Origin: Chiloscyllium plagiosum | Lineage: Eukaryota | DNA: 64,000 bases | Assembly (NCBI RefSeq): GCF_004010195.1 | Contig: NC_057718.1 | Location: forward strand, 60,444,137-60,508,136 | Reading direction: 5' to 3' | Shown: positions 27,511 to 41,021 of the stretch, in pieces | How the letters are laid out: each line of letters begins with the position of its first letter | Position numbering within the stretch: position 1 is the stretch's first letter | Made by a program: the position numbers and the translations under genes | Notes under the pieces: generated by a model | What the model was told of the DNA's origin: nothing | Databases searched by the model: none | Seen by the model: only the letters and a program-made list of their open reading frames with translations

Positions 27511-28527
27511 GATTGCCTTATGATCACTTCTAGATCCTGTTATATTGCAAAAGTTGTAACCAACTGTTTTTAGATTCTGTACATTGACTGTTGATGAACA
27601 GGGTATACTTAAAGGTAGTATCAGTGCTTCTTTTTGATTCATGACATTGCTGGACTCTTGCTTCTCATTTTCGTCTCAAAGATTTTTTAAATGAAAATTT
27701 ATTGCTTTTTGTATCTTTCTCGCTCTTAATGCGTTTCTGGAACACAAGCATTTGAACCCACAGGCAAGAGTCAGTGTGACATAACTGACTGACAAACCAT
27801 AGGGAGTGTAGAATTCAGGAATGCCAAAGGTTCAAAAGTACTAAAACTATCATTTTGATGTTAGCTTGCAGGCTCCTGATCTTCTGAACCTACTTGGGAC
27901 AGAAGCAACAGTGAAAATCTCAAGATTTATCAATGTTCATCTTCAAGCCAAAAGTTTCATTAAATGCATGGAATTCAGCACATGACCAGTGCTTCCCCTT
28001 CATTTGAAGTCTAACAATTCCATTCTGAGAGTGAGTGGGAGCCGCAATTCACATATGAATGAAGATTAAAAAAAAGTCTCCTTTGATATAGATTTTCAGT
28101 TTTCTCTAATTGCTTGCATTTTGCTTGCTCATTTGAGACTTGGCCACTGTTGGAGTTTGCTATTTCAAAATCTAAAAAAGATTTGAGTATCTAGATAATT
28201 CCATCGCCATGAGTAAATCAGACTTGAAGGGCTAAATAGCTTACTTCTGCACCTATATCTCCTGGTGTAAGCTCCCTGGTTTTGTCTGCACTCCGTTGAA
28301 AGACAATGCTGAACTACAGAGAGTGTAAGATCTGAATGAGATAGCAGGGTGCAAAGAGGCAAAGAAAGGTAAGGCAGAGATGAGCATCCAAGTAGCAACA
28401 TGTGTGAACACGTGAAGCCCTGAAATATACTCTGTTCTGATGCATGGCACTTGTTCCTGCATACAAAGTTAACTGGCAGCAGCACTGTAGTGTAAGAAAT
28501 CAATGAGTGCCAAAGTACACTATTGAT

Positions 28528-30328
28528 GTTAAAAATCACCAGATTATAGTCCAACAGATTTATTTGGAAGTGCAAGCTTTCGCAGTGCTGCTTCTTCGTC
28601 AGGTAGCTAGTGGGGCAGGATCATAGGACACAGAAGTTATAGTAAAAAGTTCGAAGTGTCATACAACTGATGCGATGTATTGAGCAAATTGCTGGATTGC
28701 TGTTAAGTAGTCAATTAGAATGAGTTGCAGGTTTTGATTCATTAATATGTAAATCCCAGAACTTCTTTCAAGTCACATTCCAGAGATAACCTAAGGTTTT
28801 ATAAAAAAAAGTGACACCTCCGCTCAGACAATGCTGTCTGTCTGAATTCCAACCTCGTGTCGCACTGTTTCTATTTCCAAAGTGGGAATTTAAGAAATGT
28901 CACATGGACTGACTGCTTAAAGATTGTGTGCTTTTTGAACAAAATGGAATGTATCTGCAAATACAACTCTGCAAATGCAAATTCACCCTATAGACTTATA
29001 TATATGTGTGTGTGTATGCATGTGAGGGAGAGACAAATGAGAGTGTGTGTGTGAGTGAGAGAGAGAGAGGCAGAGAGTATGTGAGTGTTTGTGTGTGTGT
29101 TTGTATGTGTACTTGATAGAGTGTGTGCATGAATGTGACAAAGTATATGCCTATGAGAGGATGTGTGTGTGAGTATATGTCTGAAAGAGAGGGTCTGCGT
29201 GCATGTGTGAGTGTGTAAGAGTGTGTGTGTATGCATTCATATCATAGAATCATAGAATCCCTGCTGCATGGAAACAGACCATTTGGCCCAACAAGTCCAC
29301 ACTGACCCTCCTAAGAGTATCCCACCCAGACCCATTCCCCTACCCTATTACTTTACATTTCACTGACTAATGCACTTAACATACAAATCCCTGAACACTT
29401 TGGGCAGTTTTGCATGGCCAATCCACCTAACCTGCACATCTTTGGACTGTGGGAGCAGCACCCTGAGAAAACCCATGCAAACACAGGAAGAATGTGTAAA
29501 CTCAACACAGACAATTGCCTGAGGCTGGAATCAAACCTGAGCCACCATGCATTGTTGCATATCCCGAAGTCTGCTGTGGAGGATGGTTTCCCGAAGATCC
29601 AAGGCTGAATGTCCTTGACTGCTGAAGTGTTCCCTGACTAGGCAGGAACACCCCTGTCTGGCAATTGTTGCATGGTATCCATTCATCTGTTGTTGTAGCA
29701 TCTGCTGGGTCTCACCAATATACCATGCCTCAGGGCAACCTTGCCTGCAGCGTATGAGATAGACAACATTGGCAGTGTCACTCGAGTACCTGCAGTGCAT
29801 GTGGAGTATGGTGTCCCCACGTGCGATAGTAGCATCCATATCGACACTCTGACATGTCTTGCAGTGGCTGCCACAGCAGGGTTGTACGGTGTTGTGGTTG
29901 ATGGTGTCCTGAAGGCTAGGCAGTTTGCTGTGAACAATGATCTGTTAAAGGTTTGGCAATTGTTTAAAGACGAGAAGTGGAGGCATAGGGAAGATCTTGG
30001 TGAGGTGCTCATCATCATCAGTAACATGTTGCAAGCTGCGAAGAACATGGTGTACTTTCTCCGTTCCTGGGAAGTACTGGACAACAAAGGGTACCCTATC
30101 AGTTGTATCCTGTGTCTGCCTTCTGAGGAGGTCATTATGGTTTCTCGCTGTGGCATGTTGGAACTTTAACTATAAATTCTCAGTCCTATGATCCAGCCCA
30201 CTAGCGACCTGACAAAGGAGCAGCGCTCTAAAAACTTGTACTTTAAATAAGCCTGTTGGACTATAACCTGATGTTGTGTGAATTTTAACTTTGTCCACTC
30301 CAGTCCAATACCAGCATCTCCACGTCAT
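28528..30328 (-). mobile_element. PLE family B (Neptune-like) with GIY-YIG endonuclease remnant, fold-back, HE1 SINE inserted at 29240-29550
   Basis: ANVVYLIRCRQGCPEAWYIGETQQ GIY-YIG motif with upstream Cys-rich linker; TG-rich UTR at 29000-29235; short inverted arm at 30168-30328. Confidence 0.85.
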
Positions 30329-30734
30329 CACTACTGGAGTGGTGAACTCAGTGGTGAACTAGTGATTCATAGATAAGCTATGATGGTGTGGTGAGGCTGG
30401 TATGAATGCCAACTTCCATGGATAAAGGATGTGTGTTGGTTGCTGCCAATGATGGTGCTCTGCAGTGTTGAGGAATGCTGGCCAAGATAAAAGCTTGGAG
30501 GAACAAGCAAAAGCTGAAACCACCAAGTACCCACTCAGAGTATCATGTCAGGAATTGTTACCATCTTGTTTCTCTCCAATGCATTGTAAAATAGCAAAAT
30601 GCACATAAGTTAAAACAGAAGGTTCTGTATGGTTGCAACAGAAGATCTCATTTCCCAATAGATCTGACTGGTCATATGTACCCACCAAAGATCAGATATT
30701 CACAAGGTATATCAGGAACTATTGGCCAGAATAG

Positions 30735-31400
30735 CAGAAGAATTGGGAGCAGGACTACGCCATCCAATCCCCTGAGCCTGCTGGCCATTTAATAAAAACA
30801 CAGCTGATGCTCAATTTCAGCTGTATTTTCCTTGACTATATCTCAGTACCTCTTGATTTCCTTCAAGTCTAATTCCTTCAAGGCAAATGGCGTATTGGTC
30901 TTCATTGCAAGAGGATTTGAGTTCAGCAGAAGTGATGCTTTACTGCAGTTATACGGAGCCTTTTGGTCAATCACTGCCTTGAAAATACTCAATTATTATA
31001 CACACCCAGCTCTCTGGTGTAGATTATTCAAGGATTCACAACCTTCTCCATCTGAAATGATTGATCACTTGTCATGAAATTATGCCCTCTCATTGTAGAC
31101 TCTCCAGCCAGAGGGAATCTCCTCTCAACATCGAGCCTTTCAACACCCTTCAGACCACGTCTCATTCTTCTCAACTCCAGAGAATACGAATCTGATCATT
31201 TAGTCTGTCCTCATAGAACAATCCTTTTATTCCCAGGAATCAACCAGTGAACCTTTGTTGCATTCCCTGTAAGACAACAATATCTTTCCTTTGGAATGTA
31301 GAATAAAACTACACAATGCTGCACCAGGTGGGGGCTCATTTAAGTTCTGCACAATTTCCAAAAGTCACCTTTGCTCTTGCACTCCAAACCCATTCCAGAT
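30735..31400 (-). mobile_element. Old CR1 3' fragment
   Basis: Reverse complement of CR1 3' UTR and ORF2 end. Confidence 0.7.
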
Positions 31401-32797
31401 CCCAAACTGAGGGATCAACTTTGTGACTTTGTTTTTCTGGCAGCAAGGACTCATAGCAGAGGCTGAGGAATGATCTGGACATTTCCTTTCCTTTTAGCTG
31501 CTTCCTTTATTTCTGCTTTTGTTTTTAATCCTGCCTTTTGAATACTATGATGGCACAGGACAATAGCGACTTTGCACACTTTTCACTGTACTCCTATACT
31601 CCTGCACTCGAGTAGGAGTCTAAACCTAAAATGTAGTGAGATTAGGTAATAGTAAGACGTTAATGCATGCAATTAGGCCTCTCATCATCGCTTAAGAACT
31701 TCTTGTCCTGCCATTAAAAGAATGTGTGCAAAATTAGATTTTATATTCTTGCTGTTGATTATCTCATTTTTCCAAGCTTACCATATTTTCCCAAATGGTT
31801 GATCTTTCCACATCTCAGTCAGGAGCTGAGAAGACTCCTGTCCATTGTTTCCAAGAAATTTGTGCCATTAATTAAGTGCCTAGCAGGATACCTGTAAGGT
31901 TAAACGTCTACAAAGTACAGTCATCATTTTTTAGATCAGTTTATACGAATCAGATTTCTGCACACAAGTTTTAACTTAACAAAAGGCTAATCTGTTAATT
32001 TGTCAAAATATTCCAGTCTTTGAGAGTTTCTGTAGAAGTTTTCAAACTATCAAAACAGAAGAGAGGTTCAGGTCATCAGAACTGGCAAAATGTTTATAGG
32101 CCATCAGAAAAAAAATGAGTGAAGGACATCAAAAATGGAAATAATCAATTAAATAAGATATTAAAGACTTATAATAGGAGTGACATTGCACTGATATGGA
32201 GTATTCTTAAAGTCTATTGCAGGGAAAGAGGTTGAATCTTTTGCCAATCATGTTAAGCTTTTTTGAAATTGTTTTAAATTTGTTTAGCTTTCTTCTGTAA
32301 TAAACTTGTGTTCTTTTGTTAAAGAACATTGGTTTCCTCAAGGTAATATGTTCACTGACTAACCAAGATGTTAAGATGACAATGTAATTAGTGGAATAGA
32401 AAAAGAAGAATCAGTGCATGTGGTACATTTGGATTTTCAGAAGGTTTTTAATAAGGTTCCACATTGGAGGTTAGTGGGCAAATTTAAAGCATATCAGATA
32501 AGAGGTTATATACTGTCATAGATTGAGAATTAGTTATCAAACAGGTAACAGAGTAAGAGTAACTGGGTCTTTGTCTAAGTAGCAGGCAATGACTAATGTG
32601 GCTTTGCAAGGGCACAAAACTCTACAGAATTGAGATTTCAGAAAAGAGACAGGCAGGTCCAACAAGCATTTGGGAAAGCAAATAGCATATTGGTCTTCAT
32701 TGCAAGAGAATTTGAGTTCAGCAGTAGTAATGCCTTACTGCAGTTATACAGAGCCTTGGTAAATCCAGGCCTGGAGCTTTGCATGCAGTTTTGGTCT

Positions 32798-33013
32798 GAG
32801 TCAAAAAGTGTGGTATTGGAAAAGCACAGCCAGTCAGGCAGCACCTGAGGATCAGGAGAGTCGACATTTTGAGCATAAGCTCTTCATAAGGAATGAGCTT
32901 ATGCTTGAAACATCGATTCTCCTGCTCCTCAGATGCTGCCTGACCGGCTGTACTTTTCCAGCACCACACTTTTTGACTCTGATCTCCAACATCTGCAGTC
33001 CTCACTTTCTCCT
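32798..33013. mobile_element. PLE family A fold-back insertion
   Basis: Inverted arms of about 85 bp; 15-bp TSD ATGCAGTTTTGGTCT at 32783-32797 and 33014-33028. Confidence 0.9.
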
Positions 33014-33354
33014 ATGCAGTTTTGGTCTCCCTCCGTAGGAAAGGTTATATTTGCCATACAAAGTACACATGAGGTTCAACACGCTGATACCAAGGTTGGC
33101 AAGACTGTCCAATGAGGAGAGATTGGTTCAATAGGGTTTGTATTCATGAGAGCTTAGAAGGATGAGAGGGGATCTGATTGAAAGATTGCAAGGCTGATGG
33201 TTTTTCTGGACAGGGAGTCTAGAAACAGGAGCTACAATCTCAGGATGCTGAGTAGCTATTTACAACTGAAATGAAGAAATATTTCTTAACTCATGGGGTA
33301 GTGAACCTGTGTTAAACTCTACCACAGAAGACTGCGGAGGCTAAGTTACTCAAT

Positions 33355-33710
33355 ATAGTCGTAGAGTCGTAGATGTACAGCATGGACACAGACCTTTCGG
33401 TCCAACCTGTCCATGCTGACCAGATATCCCAACCCAATCTAGTCCCACCTGCCAGCACCCGGCCCATATCCCTCCAAACCCTTCCTATTCATATACCCAT
33501 CCAAATGCCTGTTAAATGTTGCAATTGTACCAGCCTCCACCATATCCTCTGGCAGCTCATTCCATACACATACCACCCTTTGCGTGAAAACGTTGCCCCT
33601 TAGGTCTCTTTATATCTTTCTCCTCTTACCTTAAATCTATGCCCTCTAGTTCTGGACTCCCCGACCCCTCATCCTCCGCGCTCCAGAGAAAACAGCCCCA
33701 GCTGTTTAGC
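33355..33710 (-). mobile_element. Young CR1/HER1-like 3' end
   Basis: Closely similar to 58524-58950. Confidence 0.9.
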
Positions 33711-35911
33711 CTTAGATTTTAAAGGGTTATGGGAAGAAATTAGGAATATAGCAATGGGTTGGAAGAACCTTTGCACCATACTAATGCCCGGCAATAACAA
33801 TCTCCAAAAATGAAGAATGTAATCATCACCTCTTGGCATTCAATGGGCATGACCATCATTGATTCCCTCACTATCAACATCCTGGAATTTACCATTGAGC
33901 AGAAACTGAACTGGACTAGCCACATAAACACAATGGCTACATGTACATAAATGCAGTGGTGTGTCAGAGTCTAGAACTCCTGCCGAGACTAACTCATCTC
34001 CTGACTTCTCAATGGCATTCATTCAAATATCAGCAATCATCATGTTGAATGCCTACTCCTGTTCCTAGTTTCTATCTTTCTATGTTTCTAATCATCATGG
34101 TAACTGACTTCAAAACTTAACATTCTGATCTATCAAAGTTGATAGAATGTGGAGCTGGAGCAAACACAACAAGTTAAGCAGCATCAGAAGAGCGGGATTT
34201 GGGATCTGAGTTGTACAGTATTACCATCAGCTGGGATCATACCGCTAATTTCTATCTGAAATAATGTTTTCTTTTGTGTGTTTTATCCATCACTAGTGAG
34301 GCATGCAAGGGGATGAGGAATTCCTAAGATAACTTGATAAATGCCAAAACTACCAGGATCAAATCCACAACTTCATTAGGCAAGTGAATTCTGATTTTCT
34401 GATTACATTCCCATCTGATGTTTGAGGGGACCTCAATGAGCCAATACATTGACACAGGAAGGTTAGAATGGCTGGCCAAAAAAACAAGCTCAAGGTTAAT
34501 TTAGTTCGCATTCTATAAGTCTGAAAGTCACATGGTACAATAAAGTAATTGTTGACTGATCTCTTAGCAATGAATTGTATTAAAAGGTGCACTACAAAGC
34601 CAGCCAAAAGAAGTAGGAAACACCCAAGTTGGATATGTTTACACAACGTAACTAGTGTTTAATCTCTGAAGTTGCTGGACTGTTACGAAAATGTCTTTTA
34701 CCTCATCTTCGTCACCCACCTCTCTTTGTGATGGTCCCCCCCAGCACCCCAGTTATTTTGAATGAAATCCCACTACAGGCAAAGTGCAGGCTGCCAGCCA
34801 CCTTGGTTTTCTGGCACCTGATTGTGGAGGCAGGCAGAACAGCTCATCTGCCTTCCTGAATTGCCTGGTTACAGCAGAGGCAGCCTTCGAATTGGCTTCT
34901 GGAAAATTAGATTGGCGAGCCCACCACTGAAACGTATGGCATCATGGCTAGGAAATGGTCTTGATGTCACTGGGTTCCTAGTACCTATGCCAGAATTCAG
35001 CTCTCTCTGTTTCCTGTCTCAGTGACAAGTTGGTCATTGAAATAATTCCGTAGATTCATTTTATATTTACGCTCCTTCATATGCTGGCCAAGTTTCCAGA
35101 TGAACATTTAAAAACATACGCAGTTCATGCAATGGTTTTCCCCAGTCTGGACCCTCGATCCTCTCAATCGTTCTGACTCACTACTTCTGTTGTCTTTCAA
35201 CTGTTGCAATATTTCTTTTGTACTAATCTCATACTTCTGATTATAGTGACTCCAAGCAGGTGGCATCAGTGCATATTTTATCAAACCTTGGTGACTAACC
35301 CCAGAAATATAAGTGCAGCCCGTTGAATAATGCATCAGGATGTCTGGTCTGAGTGGTATTCTCTAACTCTTCAGTGAGAATTCCTGTTTCCTGAAAGTTA
35401 CTGTGACTTTTTTGCGAAACCGACTTCAAGCAATAAGATTGGATTCCAACTGAGTATGTCAGAGATTGTAAACCAAATCATTAAGCAACATTATCATCTG
35501 TCTATTTGTTGGCTTCAAATGGGTCTTCATGTTAACAAATTAAAATTTATGATTTGGAAGATGGAGGTGATAAATGGTGATGCTAAATGATTTACTCCTA
35601 AAGCCCCAAGTTACTTTCATGTTGTTCTGCCATTTGGATACAACATGGATATGCATAATTACAATGTTGGATATATGACAATCAGATGTGAATTGGTGAC
35701 TACTTATGTTTTTTTTCTGAAGTGTAATTTCATTGCTATTCTTTTTATATCACTGGACGAAAAGTAAAATGATATCAGCAATGACGTGAAACAGATAGTG
35801 AACAGAAGTGGGGTGAAATGTTGGTAAAATGAGTGAAGATGCAATTCAAAAGAGGTTTCACAAAAACATTCTTGGATGCAGATAATTCTTAGTAAAGTAA
35901 TATTCTCAAAG

Positions 35912-36600
35912 GCATAGAGTCATATAGCACCGAAACAAACCCTTTGGTTCAACCAGTCCATGCTGAACATAACCTCAAACTAAACTCGTCCCACTTGCTT
36001 GCTCCTGGCCCATATCCCTCCAAACCTTACCTGATTCATGTACCTATCCAAATGTCTTTTAAATGTTGTAATTATACCCATATCCATCACTTCCTCAGGA
36101 AGTTCATTCCACACATGAACCACCCTCTATGTAAAATATCTGCCTCTGCGATTTTTTTAAATCTCTCTCCTCTCACCTTAAAGATGTGTTCCCTTGTCTT
36201 GAAATTCCCATCTTTGGGAAAAGAAGTTGATATTAACTCTATCTATACTTCACATTATTTTATAAACTTATCTAAGGTCTCCTCTCAGCCTCCTATGCCC
36301 CAGTTATAAATGTCCCAGATTATCCAGTCTTTCTTTACAACTCAAACCTTCCATACTCAGCAACATCCTGGTAAATCTCTTCTAAAGTCTCTCCAGCCTA
36401 AATATATCCTTCCTTTAACTGGGTGACCAGACACAGTATTCCAGAAGAAGCTTCACCAATGTCCTGTACAACCTCAACATGACTTCCCAACTCCTATACT
36501 CAAAGAAGTATGAGCAATGAAGTCAAGCATGCCAAATGCCTTTTTAACCATCCTGCCGATATGAGATGCAAACTTCAAAGAATTATGTATCTGCAACCCT
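35912..36600 (-). mobile_element. CR1 3' fragment
   Basis: Homologous to the other CR1 3' ends; CATAGAGTCATA tail on plus strand. Confidence 0.85.
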
Positions 36601-36869
36601 ACATTCCTCTGCACAATGTAATTGGTCAGTTATTGCAAACAATGCGGTGGCCACTGCACACTGGAAATGCAGGGATGAGTGTTGAAACAAAAATATTAAT
36701 CAAACGAACTGCTCTGTCCTGAATGATGTTGAATTCCTGTGTTTGTTGCAGCAATACCTATTAGATCTTGTATGTGGTTGATAAATGTTAATACACTAGA
36801 AAATGAGCCATCTCATTCCCAAATACCCTGCCTCTTCTATGCTTTTGTTATAATGGTGTTGATTTGACA

Positions 36870-37335
36870 CAAAAATGGGTAAGAAGACAAGTAATGAGGA
36901 TGAAATAAATCTCCAGGAGTATGAATAGGTTATAAATGGATAAAAACTTGCAGATGACATATTATGTGGAAAAGTATGAGATTATACACTTTGGCAGAAA
37001 GAGTAGAAGAACTGGATATTATTTAAATGGGGAAAAACTATATAAAGCTGCAACATGGAAAGATTTAAGGATTCTTGTGCATGATTCACAAAAAGCCAGC
37101 ATTTACATTCACTGGATAATAGGGAAGGTAAATGGTGTGTTGGCCTTTATTTCAAAGAGACTGTCATATAAAATTAGGGAGCCCTTGCTAAAACTGTGCA
37201 AGGCACTTTCAGACCACACTTAGAATACTGTGAACTGTTTTGGTCCCCTTCTCTAAGAGGTGAGGATTATCAGATCAGCCATGATCTCATTGAATGATGA
37301 AGCAGAATCAATGGACTATATGGCTTATTTTTGCT
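36870..37335 (+). mobile_element. Old CR1 3' fragment
   Basis: VEKYEIIHFGRK..YYLNGEKL..GKVNGVLAFI peptide; CR1 3' UTR. Confidence 0.8.
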
Positions 37336-38472
37336 CTTATTTCTTATAGTCTTATCAAAATGGAGAAATGAAGTTCCTGTTCGAAAACAACTTCCAGAAT
37401 ATTGAGAGTAGGTGAATTATTGATAGTGGTGGCATTGAAGCTCACTGGTGCAGTTGGAACTTTTCTTGTTGGAGCAAGACATTGACATTTCTGTGGCCTT
37501 AGCATTATCTACCATTTGTCTGAAAAACGTGGATGTTGCCCAGATCCTTCTGTGGATTGGCTTAATCAAAAGAGTGATGACTGAAGCTGACCACTGGGAA
37601 TCTCTCCTAAAAAGCTCCACTCCCAAACTCATGATGGAGGGTTACCATCATGAAGATGATTAGATTGCCATAAGTGAACTTGATAAATAATCATACTGCT
37701 GTCTCTCTGAATTTCTGCATCTGAAACCTAGTTTATATCTAAGAATATTTAGAAGTCTCTGGCTTTCTGAGGACACAACCTTACAAGCAGTGAATCCACA
37801 ATGCCTTCCTGCTCCCAATAGAAGGAAGGTATTTTGTTATCTTATGCATTCATTCTGTGGACCACAGAAAAAGAGGAACAATTTTATGGCTATCCTTGAA
37901 TGGTCTTGAACATAATCTCATTCTGAAAGGGATTGCAGAGATGGATTCCTTTTGCAAGCCACAGGAAAATACATATTGTGTTCTAATGCATATCTAATAA
38001 GCTGAATAACTACATGATTACAGCCACAATCCAATTTATTTTCAGTTTCTGTCATTACATGTGCACTTAAAAGATGCTTGTAAGAAACAGTTGTTTTTCA
38101 CTCTTAATGCATGATTATATTATAATCTGTGGGATTCTCTCAATAAAACAATGGCACATGAAATAGATATATACCAATAAAAGCATCAACAAAGTTTATT
38201 TTAACAATTCAGTCAAATGACAAGCAAATCAAAGTTCACACAGATGTTCCACCCACCAGGATTGGATATCACACTGACAGCATTTTGGTGAACACAATGT
38301 GAACTAGTTTCTATTCCTTCAGTTTAACTGCCAGTTAATTCTGATGCTCTTCGCTTGAACTTTAATCCAAAATGGAAGTAAAAGGGATTTTATTGGATGG
38401 ATGTTTTCTCAAAAGAAAGAATAATGGATATTTGGAGTGATTGCAAGATAGTAATTCCAATCAAGCATTTTT

Positions 38473-38575
38473 CAACCACCCGATGAAGGAGCAGCACTCT
38501 GAAAGCTAGTGCTTAGTGCTTCCAAATAAAGCTGTTGGACTATAACTTGGTGTTGCGTGATTTTTAACTTTGTCT
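38473..38575 (+). mobile_element. Short PLE family B copy
   Basis: CAC-CCGATGA-AGGAGCAGCACTCT-GAAAGCTA-GTG (decayed ribozyme) plus family B tail. Confidence 0.8.
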
Positions 38576-38994
38576 ACCTCACATGGACTGCAGCAGTTCA
38601 AGAGGCAGGTCACCATCACCTTCTCAAGGATAATTACCTGTGTGCAATAAATACTGGGCTAGCCAGCAACAGCCACATCCCATGCATAAATAAAAACAAA
38701 AAGTATGTTTGCATAATGTAATAAAGCTGTAAAATAAAAGATCACTTTAATAGCTTACTTGAAATCAGAGATTGGACTGCAGCCTTAAAAACATTTTAAC
38801 AAGTGAGATTAATTTCATAACATTACCCAGAGTGTGGAGACAGAAATTGGACTTGTTACCTAAGACATTAAGTTCACTTTTGACATGTCATTTTCATGCA
38901 ATCAAAAGGCAGATGAGGTTCAATATAACTTGTTTTTAAAGTCTCTTGGGAAGTAACTATTGCTGATAAACTAGCATTTATCGCCCATTCCTAA

Positions 38995-39345
38995 TTGTTC
39001 TTACATTGTTTTTCCTCATGTTCCCCAATACCCTCTGCCCTTAACTTTAAATCAATGTCCCCGGCCATTGATCCCTCTTCCAAGGGAAAGTGTTTCTTCC
39101 TGTCTACTCTCTCTGTGCCCCTCATCATTTTATACATCACAATAATGTCTCCCCTCAGTCTCATCTTCTCCAAAGAAAACAATTCCAGTCTATGCAATCT
39201 CCCTTCAAAGGCAAAGCAAATCTGGGTAAATCTCCTCTGCATACTCTTCAGTGCAATATCATTTCTTGTATAATATGGATTCCAGAACTGCACCAATTAC
39301 AATGACTGTGGCCTAGCCAACTTTTTATACAGATCCAGTATAACC
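38995..39345 (-). mobile_element. CR1 3' fragment
   Basis: VQFWNPYY..LELFSLEKMRLRGDII peptide. Confidence 0.85.
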
Positions 39346-39347
39346 TC

Positions 39348-39473
39348 GTTGAAGCAAATTGCTGCAGATGTTTGAATCTGTAATAAAAACAATAAGTGCT
39401 CAAGTTACAGTTAGTCAGACAGCATCCATGGAGAGAAACGTTTTGAGTCGAGGTGAGTCCTCATCAGAGCTGA
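39348..39473 (-). mobile_element. Short PLE family D-like copy
   Basis: Decayed CTGATGA..AAACGTT motif; 17-bp TSD AGATCCAG(T/C)ATAACCTC at 39331-39347 and 39474-39490. Confidence 0.75.
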
Positions 39474-40157
39474 AGATCCAGCATAACCTCAGTGTTCTTA
39501 AACTCTATACTGTGGCTAATGTTGGGTTAAGGTTTGCAATCAGTTATTTTCCTGATCTTTAAGTGGTCTGATTCACTTCCTGACCCCTGGTCCTAGGCAT
39601 TGGGCTTATTTATGGGGATGTGGATGAAGAGGCAGCAGACAGGTGTTTAAGGGCAAACTAACCTCTAGCTTATTTAATGTATGAAAGGTAATTGCAATAC
39701 AAGAAATAGGAATGTGATAAATCAAGGTAATTAGCACAATTAATATACATGAGAACAGGCATACTTTAAATACACTATTAATTTGATTATCACTATTAAA
39801 CACTAATCTTACTAACCCACAGAAAACAACAGGTTTTAATTTTACACTTTTAATCAGAATTCCTACCTGCAGGATCCCAATGAACTGTCACCACCTGCCT
39901 TCCCCTCCCTACTAACCCGATCAGAACTTTGGGGTTGCAGGGTTTATGCTTACCACTCAGAATGCTGTTTTGAAGTGCACATGGCCTGCCATACTGGGAG
40001 CCTGGATGGAGACTTCAGACTGCATAGATTTTTCATTTGGGTTGTATCCGCTGATGGGGTAAAATGTGTATTGGATACATTGGGGAAGTGCTTTACTTTC
40101 TGCTGGTTTGGCAAGCCTGGTTATCACCTCAAGTTGTGCCTGAGGACATGTGCTATT

Positions 40158-40312
40158 AGGAGAAAGTGAGGACTGCAGATGCTGGAAATCAGAGTTGAGA
40201 GGGTGTTGCTGGAAAAGCACAGCAGGTCAGGCAGCATCCAAAAGAGAAAATGCTGGAAAATCTCAGCAGGTCTGGCAGCATCTGTAAGGAGAGAAAAGAG
40301 CTGACGTTTCAG
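40158..40312 (-). mobile_element. Tandem PLE family A and family D 3' fragments
   Basis: GGAGAAAGTGAGGACTGCAGATGCTGG (A) followed directly by GCTGGAAAATCTCAGCAGGTCTGGCAGCATCTG (D). Confidence 0.75.
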
Positions 40313-40420
40313 ATCCACACTGAGGCCAGGAGCCTGAGACCATTCTGAGGCCAGGAGTCTGAGTCCACGCTGAGGCCGAGTCCATGCTGAGGCAGGGAGT
40401 CCGAATCCAGGCTGAGGCCT
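40311..40420. repeat. Short degenerate minisatellite
   Basis: Five units of about 17-25 bp, each containing CCAnnCTGAGGC. Confidence 0.8.
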
Positions 40421-40443
40421 AATTAAAATAAAGATGGTGTAAG

Positions 40444-41021
40444 TGTGCCATTATGGACAGACCAAACCCCCTCGAAAAGTATTAAGTCTAGATCCTCACA
40501 TTTTTGTATTTTAAAGGTAAGTGTAAGGCATTACATTCCAGATGCAATTCGATTGGTCAACTATTTGATTTTAAGCAAAACACCCCGTATGTTTACACAG
40601 CAGTTAAAATACAAAGTAGCAATAAAATAAAAGAATTGGTGTAACTGTAACTATTAATTAACTGTACCAATATAGGAACATCCCATTAACACACCCTTGA
40701 CAAATTCAGTAAAATAGATTGTCTCATATGCAATTCTAGTAGCAGGCGGAGAACCACGGCTTTTTGCTGTAACAGAGAGAGGAATAAGAGCTTTCACATC
40801 CAACTTCAATATCCCATCAACAGCAGAAAGGTAAAACTAAAAATCTTGGTTCTGTGGGAGCTTGACCACACCCATTCAGGCTGTTTCTATTGTTCCAACT
40901 TAAAACAAAAATCAAAGCTTCACAAGCTGTTTACTCTAGTGACTTTGGCAGACTGCTTGACATTGCTGTCTCAACCTTTCTTCATAAAAAGTATATCTCT
41001 TAAGGCCATAGTATAATCACA
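40444..41021. mobile_element. Possible solo LTR
   Basis: About 580 bp with TGTG...CACA termini and imperfect terminal inverted repeat; no clear TSD. Confidence 0.35.

Larger units (their letters stand above)
32385..33775 (+). mobile_element. Old CR1 ORF2 fragment with nested insertions
   Basis: VVHLDFQKVFNKVPHWRL RT motif; interrupted by PLE family A (32798-33013) and a younger CR1 (33355-33710, minus). Confidence 0.75.

Noticed and set aside
31830..32380. Possible solo LTR (AATAAA, T-rich U5-like tract)
   Set aside because: Termini and TSD could not be defined.
37440..37663. 71-aa ORF ending in KLMMEG
   Set aside because: Resembles a decayed LINE RT segment (AQV..ISLLS..SKVMEG), not a host gene.
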